A DNA stretch of 64,000 nt from Schizochytrium sp. TIO01 (lineage: Eukaryota; Protista; Bigyra: Labyrinthulomycetes): contig SMSO01000031.1 in the NCBI GenBank assembly GCA_004764695.1, positions 7,794,761 to 7,858,760 of the forward strand, in the 5' to 3' direction. The stretch's first letter is position 1. Each line of letters begins with the position of its first letter. The notes under the pieces are model-generated. The model searched no databases. It was given only the letters and a program-made list of their open reading frames with translations, and was not told where the DNA came from. The translations under genes and the position numbers were made by a program. Below are positions 58,504-64,000 of the stretch, piece after piece.

Positions 58504-60919
58504 CTTGAACAACCCCACCCAGGATATCTGCTGAGCACCGCAATACTCTATTTCCCACTCTGGAGCAGATATTCCCTTGTACCTTTACAATTGCAACACC
58601 TGTTTGGCTCTTAGTTGCAGCGAGTTTGGGGTTTGCTGATGCATCTTGATTTACTGAGTCATACCCTCCACAATACCCAGGGGCTAATTTCGGTAGTATT
58701 TGCGAACCTTTAGAGCACATTCACAGTATCCCAGGAACTATGACGCAGATGATACGCGACCTAGTGTACAATCCATCCTATCTTATTCGAACCAAGGCTT
58801 CCAATATTTACTGCCTAGGTTCTATTGCTCCGTTCGCTAGTGGAGGATACCTACTACTGCATTCGATACAAGAGAAAAGCAACCTCACTCCGTTGACATA
58901 TCATTGACTTTAAAACTAGGCTAGAATCTGAAGATATTGGAGGTAGTCTTAAGCTTCTGCTTGACGCGCCTAGCTGAGCTCGACTGGACGTTTTGCTCTC
59001 AGGCAAGCAACTCTGATGACGTTGCTTGGAACGACATCAGCTGTCACTTTCGAGATTATCAACTCCGTCATCACATTGGTTACTACTGCGCCCGTGCATC
59101 CTACGTGAAACTATTTTTCAACTTGTATTACTTTAAGCCATGCTTTTCGAAGTTCAGAAGATGATAGTTCAATAGAAGAAAAGCAAAGTGAGACTATTTC
59201 CTTTCCTGATCTCTAAACCGTAAAAATCGACATGCAATGCCGAGGTGGTTTCTGGTGAGCTTCTTATTTCGTTTCAACACTCATCTTCGGGTTCGTGCTC
59301 TGGCAAGGCCGCCTAAGCTGTGACCAGAACATGCTTTAAACCCTGCTCCAATGCAGGTTTTCTTTCTTAAGTCTTGCTGTTGCAACCGTCTTCAAACTCA
59401 GATTAGAGCCATGTCTGCATTTGTGCATTCATTAACTGTACTCGTGGGAACGCCAAAGCCATGGTTTCCGAATGACTTTCAAGGGGGTGCCCCGAGCCCC
59501 ACAGTGCGGGGAATAAGAGGCTCAGCAGTGAAGCTGTGGGGCGAAGGTCTTGCGTTTTCTAGCAATTCCAAAGGCACCATAGTACGTACCTATGTCCCTA
59601 GAACCGCTGGCATCATGAGGTTTGTTTAGTTTGTTTAGAACGCTGCCAGCTACCTCATCATTGAGCATCGAGCACGCAATCAAAGCTGTCCTTCAGAGAT
59701 GGTTAGCTCTCTATAGCTGTGCTGAGCAATCAGACCAATGGCAGACCATCCATTTCACTCGATGAGAGGGAAGGTAGAAATGCCTCCGATTAAGTGAAGC
59801 TTTGAAGGCTAGAGCCACTCTAGGTACACCAGGTCACCCAGACTTTGGTCTTGCGGAATCACGCTAATAAGCCACGCTTCACCCGACCTTGCCAGCAATA
59901 ATGTCCCTAGAACAATGGAGGAAACGAGAAGCTGTCTGCCTCGAGTTACCTCTTCCATGAATAGTTTTCGCCGAAGGAAGTGTTCTTTTATAAATTGTTT
60001 CTTTAATTTTCATGTTATTAAATCCATCAACCAATGAATTAAACCCCCAGACATGAAGATTGCAAGGCAGCTAGAAGTAATAGTGGCACCCACTTGTAAT
60101 TTTTTTTTGTACTCTACCCAGGCTGAAGTATTTCGTACATTCATAGTGAGTTACATCAAAATTGTCTGACACCGAAATCTTCTTAGAGCCTGGTATGCTC
60201 CTGCTGGGGAAAATCCCAGGCGCGATGCTAGCAATAGCGATGTTCACTTTCGGTTCTGCAAATTGCGCGTTCCCTAGATATTTCCCCTTGCATTGATGCT
60301 CGAACAGCAAAGGAGCTCTTTGTTCTTTCCAACAAAGCATGGTGCAACCACCCGGTACAATATTGAAGAAAGACATCGACAACGATACTTATACTTGGTC
60401 ATATTTTCGACATCAACTTCTTTATACGCAGTGTAGGTACCGCAGAATTATTACTTGCTGGAACAATAATTAGATGAGTTCGCATTTGCCGAGGGGAGCT
60501 CCAAACCAAGCGTGAAGTTCTCGATGAAATCTGGCTTAGGACTCGGTCGACGTCGATTTTAGCTGAACTGTCTCCATTGAACTTGGTACGGTGCTCGATT
60601 TTCATATTGTTAACCTTCAAATCTGCATACCATGGTACTGGTTTCTGTTGGCATAGCTTGTACATTTGTCTAACTATGCATCACAGCGAAGATATATATT
60701 TCTCTTTAGTCGTGTCTCCTCATACGGCTGAGCTACATTGCAGTACTACCCTACAGATCACACGACAATTTGAGCGCCAATCGCAATTGCGGATGTCGAT
60801 CCAGACGAGGGTAGACACACACATACAAGTAAAAGCAAAAAAGCTATGCATAGGATGATTGATGCATACTCAGCCCAGACGTAAAGGCAAATAGTCGACG
60901 TGAATGAATGATATTGTGA

Positions 60920-63900
60920 TTAGCGTTTAAGATAAGAAATATAACGATATGCAAAAACTGACAAAATACGCAAGCCTGCAGCATACCCACCCAAGGCACC
61001 GAGACAGAACCGCCAATCATGGGATTTATAGCCAAACGTGTCTTGCGTAAATTCCCAAGCAGTTTGACCATTATCCAACATAAAGCAACCCGGGTTCGTG
61101 TCTGGTTCAGAAGAAGGATCGTCACATGCCAGTTGCGAGACTACTAAAGCGTTCAGAGCATACCGAACCGGGTTTGTGTACACTACCCACTGCCAAAACC
61201 TAGGCACATCGTCCCAGGCAATCATAAGACCAGAAGTAATAGACCAAAACCCAATCGTTATGGCTCCCAGAATATTTGAAACCTGATCATTTGGACACAC
61301 AGCAGCGAGAAGGTGCCCCCAAAAGATGATTGTTGTAAGGAATAAGAAAAATGTTCCCCAGAACAAGAAGAACGCAGCTGCATCGTGCCAGAGGTATACG
61401 ATGAAGTAAAAGATAGACGAGTAAATCAACGATGACAAAATGATATACGGGAACTCGGCTGCGGTTTGAGCAATAACCATAGGTAAAACACCATAATAGT
61501 GTGCCGCTCTCTCCCGATAGAATGGAGCCCGCTCATCCATAATTGTTGGCATAGCTGTGTTCAAAGCAATGACACCCATGAAGGTTGTACAGTGATATAG
61601 CAAACCAACAAAGCTCTGGATATCTGAAGAAGACTCAATATTCAACCCATTACGGTAAAATGAGAAACCGAAGAAGATGCCAATCACAATGGCAACTATA
61701 AACCGTGTAGTATTATACGCAGGGTTGCGCCAGTACGCTAGCCACCATCGCTTCATGAGTTGGTCAAGCTGAGTCGAGAATACACTTGCATACTCATCTT
61801 TAAACTTGAACTCCTTGCGATCTTGCAGATTCCTTTGAACCAGTTCATCAATTGCAGCCTCATTCCTTTTACGAAGATCACTTTCCTTATACTCATATAC
61901 GTAGTCTGCAGTCACCTTGAGTCCTGCACTTGCACCAATAGCTTCAAGCATGTACGTAGCAGGGTTGTAACGAGGGTTCGGCATCAATCGAGTACCGGGA
62001 ATTGCTGCCAAGTACTCCAACAGCTTCTCCGAGCCTTGTCCCAGATCACCAAAGTAAACCATCTCACCTCCACGACGAAGTAGTAACAAACGGTCGAACT
62101 TTGTGAAAATATCCTTCGAAGGCTGGTGAATCGTACAAATAATCGTGCGTCCAGCACGAGCAATGCGCTCCAAGCCCTCCATTACAATACGCGCAGAGCT
62201 AGCATCAAGACCAGATGTTGGCTCGTCAGCAAAGATGATGGCTGGGTTTGCAGAAAGCTCCACACCGATGGTCACCCGCTTGGCTTGCTCAGTGCTCAAA
62301 CCTCCTGAAGTTTTGAAACCGATTGCAAGATCGCGGATTGGCTCAAGCTTTAGAGTCTCAATTACGCTCTCCACAAACTTGTCTTTATCTTCCTTTGAAA
62401 CGTCATGAGGCTGGCGAAGGTAGGCAGAGAAAGTCAAGGCTTCGTGTACTGTAGCAAAAGGACTGTGAATGTCCATCTGTTCGACGTATCCAACAATGCG
62501 CGAGAACGAAGTTTTCTCCTGTGGGTGACCATTGACCAAGACTTCACCGGTGATCCTACCACCTGTCTTGCGGAGAGCAAGCACATCAAGCAGAGTTGAT
62601 TTACCCGCACCAGAGCTGCCCATGAGGGCGGTAAGGGTGCCGGCTTCTGCGTAGCCAGTGATGCCTTTGAGAAGGTCAAGATTGTATTCGCCGCGGCCGG
62701 CGTTAGGACCGGGGACGGAGTACCATAGATCACGAAACACGAGATCAGCTGGAACAAAATTAGCTTTATTCAGAGAAGTAGCCATCCGTTGAGCTGATCT
62801 ATAAGATTGTGCACCACTGTTCTCTTTTGTGGCACCTGCAGGATTCATTTGCTGATCATGGGGATCGGCTTTGCGGTCGAGCTGGATGCGTTGGACGTTC
62901 TGAGCTTCGTCTTCAGCAGAATTGGTTTCTTCTTTGCCGCTCTGTGGCGCCCCACCCTCAGATCTCACAAAAGTGTATCCAGTATAGCTCAAGAAGATGT
63001 CAAAAAGTTTGTAGCCAAGAAGCACCAGTATCCCACCCCAGATAAAATCATCATTGTCCTGTATGCCAAAAAGGTCTAGAGCGTAACTTCTTTGCGCTTC
63101 TGTAAAAGCTTTCGAGCCAAATATTACTAGAACGGATGATCGAAAGCCCCAAGCGATTGGGGAAAGCCAATAAATCCAAATGCACCATGTTGGAATTGAA
63201 TTCCTTGTAATAATGTAACCACTGAAGAGAATTGATGTACCAATTGAAACTGCAGCAAGTACTTGTGCGATTGGGGGGGAAGTTGCAATCGTTGCAACTG
63301 CTCTTAGCCATGCGGAAAAGGACATGTTTAGTACAAAGAGAACTACAACGAAAAGCATAAATGTACCACCAACATCTGATTCACCTGTTGCAGTGTTTTC
63401 CCAAGGGACCAACGTGGGAATCCAAAAAATGAGTGTGGCCAGGAGTATGGCTTCTGCAAGTGCAAGTGGCAGCACAGCAATTACTTCTGAAAGGACATAG
63501 GATATTGTTCGGAAAAAGAGGCTGCCGCTTTGTTTGTAGTAAACAGGTCGTTGGAACAAAACAACGGGGATTTGTGCGACTCCCGCGAGCATGGCCTGCA
63601 AGAGAACCATGAAAAGAATTCCAAAACGCTGAGTTGCGGGGGTTTGGTCATCGTCTGAATTTGTTGGCAAGTCTGGGCTCAGGTCCAGAAACACGGTTCC
63701 CATGAGAACACCCATCACGACCGCTTGCCCCAGCCGTGCTACAACAAATTCTGTGTCTCGGTATGTAAGTTGAGTTTGGCGTTGCAAAACAATTTTGAGC
63801 TCTTGACAAAACGAGTTTGCATATAGAGGTGTTTTGCTGGAGTATAATTCCCTTCGCGCTGCAGAATCAACCTTATTTTCTGGAGTACACCAACGATCGG

Positions 63901-64000
63901 TCGCATCACGCTTTTTAAGAGAGAATGGCGAGTTTGACCATGCATCTGCCATCTCTTTTTCGTTTGCTGGTGCATCTGAGCGAATCTGATAACGCTTACG
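60920..64000 (-). CDS. Full-size ABCG/PDR transporter, copy 7 (3' part; 5' end lies beyond the right window edge), a more divergent member
   Basis: The frame is open from 64000 (RKRYQIRSDAPANEKE) into the tracked ORF MADAWSN... It contains TMD1, NBD2 (GSSGAGKSTL, GLSTEQAKRVTIGVEL, DEPTSGLD, CTIHQP) and TMD2, ending SYLKR. Confidence 0.95.
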   Translation of the reverse strand, partial: RKRYQIRSDAPANEKEMADAWSNSPFSLKKRDATDRWCTPENKVDSAARRELYSSKTPLYANSFCQELKIVLQRQTQLTYRDTEFVVARLGQAVVMGVLMGTVFLDLSPDLPTNSDDDQTPATQRFGILFMVLLQAMLAGVAQIPVVLFQRPVYYKQSGSLFFRTISYVLSEVIAVLPLALAEAILLATLIFWIPTLVPWENTATGESDVGGTFMLFVVVLFVLNMSFSAWLRAVATIATSPPIAQVLAAVSIGTSILFSGYIITRNSIPTWCIWIYWLSPIAWGFRSSVLVIFGSKAFTEAQRSYALDLFGIQDNDDFIWGGILVLLGYKLFDIFLSYTGYTFVRSEGGAPQSGKEETNSAEDEAQNVQRIQLDRKADPHDQQMNPAGATKENSGAQSYRSAQRMATSLNKANFVPADLVFRDLWYSVPGPNAGRGEYNLDLLKGITGYAEAGTLTALMGSSGAGKSTLLDVLALRKTGGRITGEVLVNGHPQEKTSFSRIVGYVEQMDIHSPFATVHEALTFSAYLRQPHDVSKEDKDKFVESVIETLKLEPIRDLAIGFKTSGGLSTEQAKRVTIGVELSANPAIIFADEPTSGLDASSARIVMEGLERIARAGRTIICTIHQPSKDIFTKFDRLLLLRRGGEMVYFGDLGQGSEKLLEYLAAIPGTRLMPNPRYNPATYMLEAIGASAGLKVTADYVYEYKESDLRKRNEAAIDELVQRNLQDRKEFKFKDEYASVFSTQLDQLMKRWWLAYWRNPAYNTTRFIVAIVIGIFFGFSFYRNGLNIESSSDIQSFVGLLYHCTTFMGVIALNTAMPTIMDERAPFYRERAAHYYGVLPMVIAQTAAEFPYIILSSLIYSSIFYFIVYLWHDAAAFFLFWGTFFLFLTTIIFWGHLLAAVCPNDQVSNILGAITIGFWSITSGLMIAWDDVPRFWQWVVYTNPVRYALNALVVSQLACDDPSSEPDTNPGCFMLDNGQTAWEFTQDTFGYKSHDWRFCLGALGGYAAGLRILSVFAYRYISYLKR

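Noticed and set aside
9946-63975. Many short plus-strand and alternate-frame ORFs overlapping the ABCG genes, some repeated between copies (for example 36188..36736 and 47321..47869, or 33092..33889)
   Set aside because: These are antisense or shadow frames of the transporter CDS. Their recurrence reflects DNA identity between paralogues.
1-64000. tRNA, rRNA, snRNA, CRISPR array, transposase or reverse transcriptase
   Set aside because: No diagnostic motifs seen by eye. tRNAscan, Infernal and RepeatMasker runs would be needed to exclude divergent cases.

Overview
Eukaryotic DNA. My inference is a stramenopile, most like a thraustochytrid/labyrinthulomycete, from the intronless genes, oomycete/plant-type PDR motifs and microsatellite-rich spacers; this is not proven. 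The window is almost entirely a head-to-tail array of at least seven minus-strand, intronless, full-size ABCG (PDR-type, NBD1-TMD1-NBD2-TMD2) transporter paralogues. They are separated by 2.4-8.5 kb spacers with no recognisable protein gene, and the array runs off both window edges. Copies 3, 4 and 6 are intact. Copies 1 and 7 are cut by the window edges. Copies 2 and 5 each carry a single 1-bp deletion in NBD1. Main points: (1) every readable NBD1 has a degenerate nucleotide site (Walker A K->V, Walker B E->Q), unlike plant/oomycete PDRs and with different residues from fungal Pdr5. (2) Copies 4 and 5 are a patchwork of near-identical NBD tracts and diverged islands over the predicted substrate-pocket helices, suggesting gene conversion plus specificity diversification. 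(3) The copy-5 frameshift ends on an in-frame A_AAA_AAA slippery run with an overlapping AUGA. (4) Short collinear non-coding blocks are shared between otherwise unrelated spacers. I found no tRNA, rRNA, CRISPR array or recognisable mobile element.
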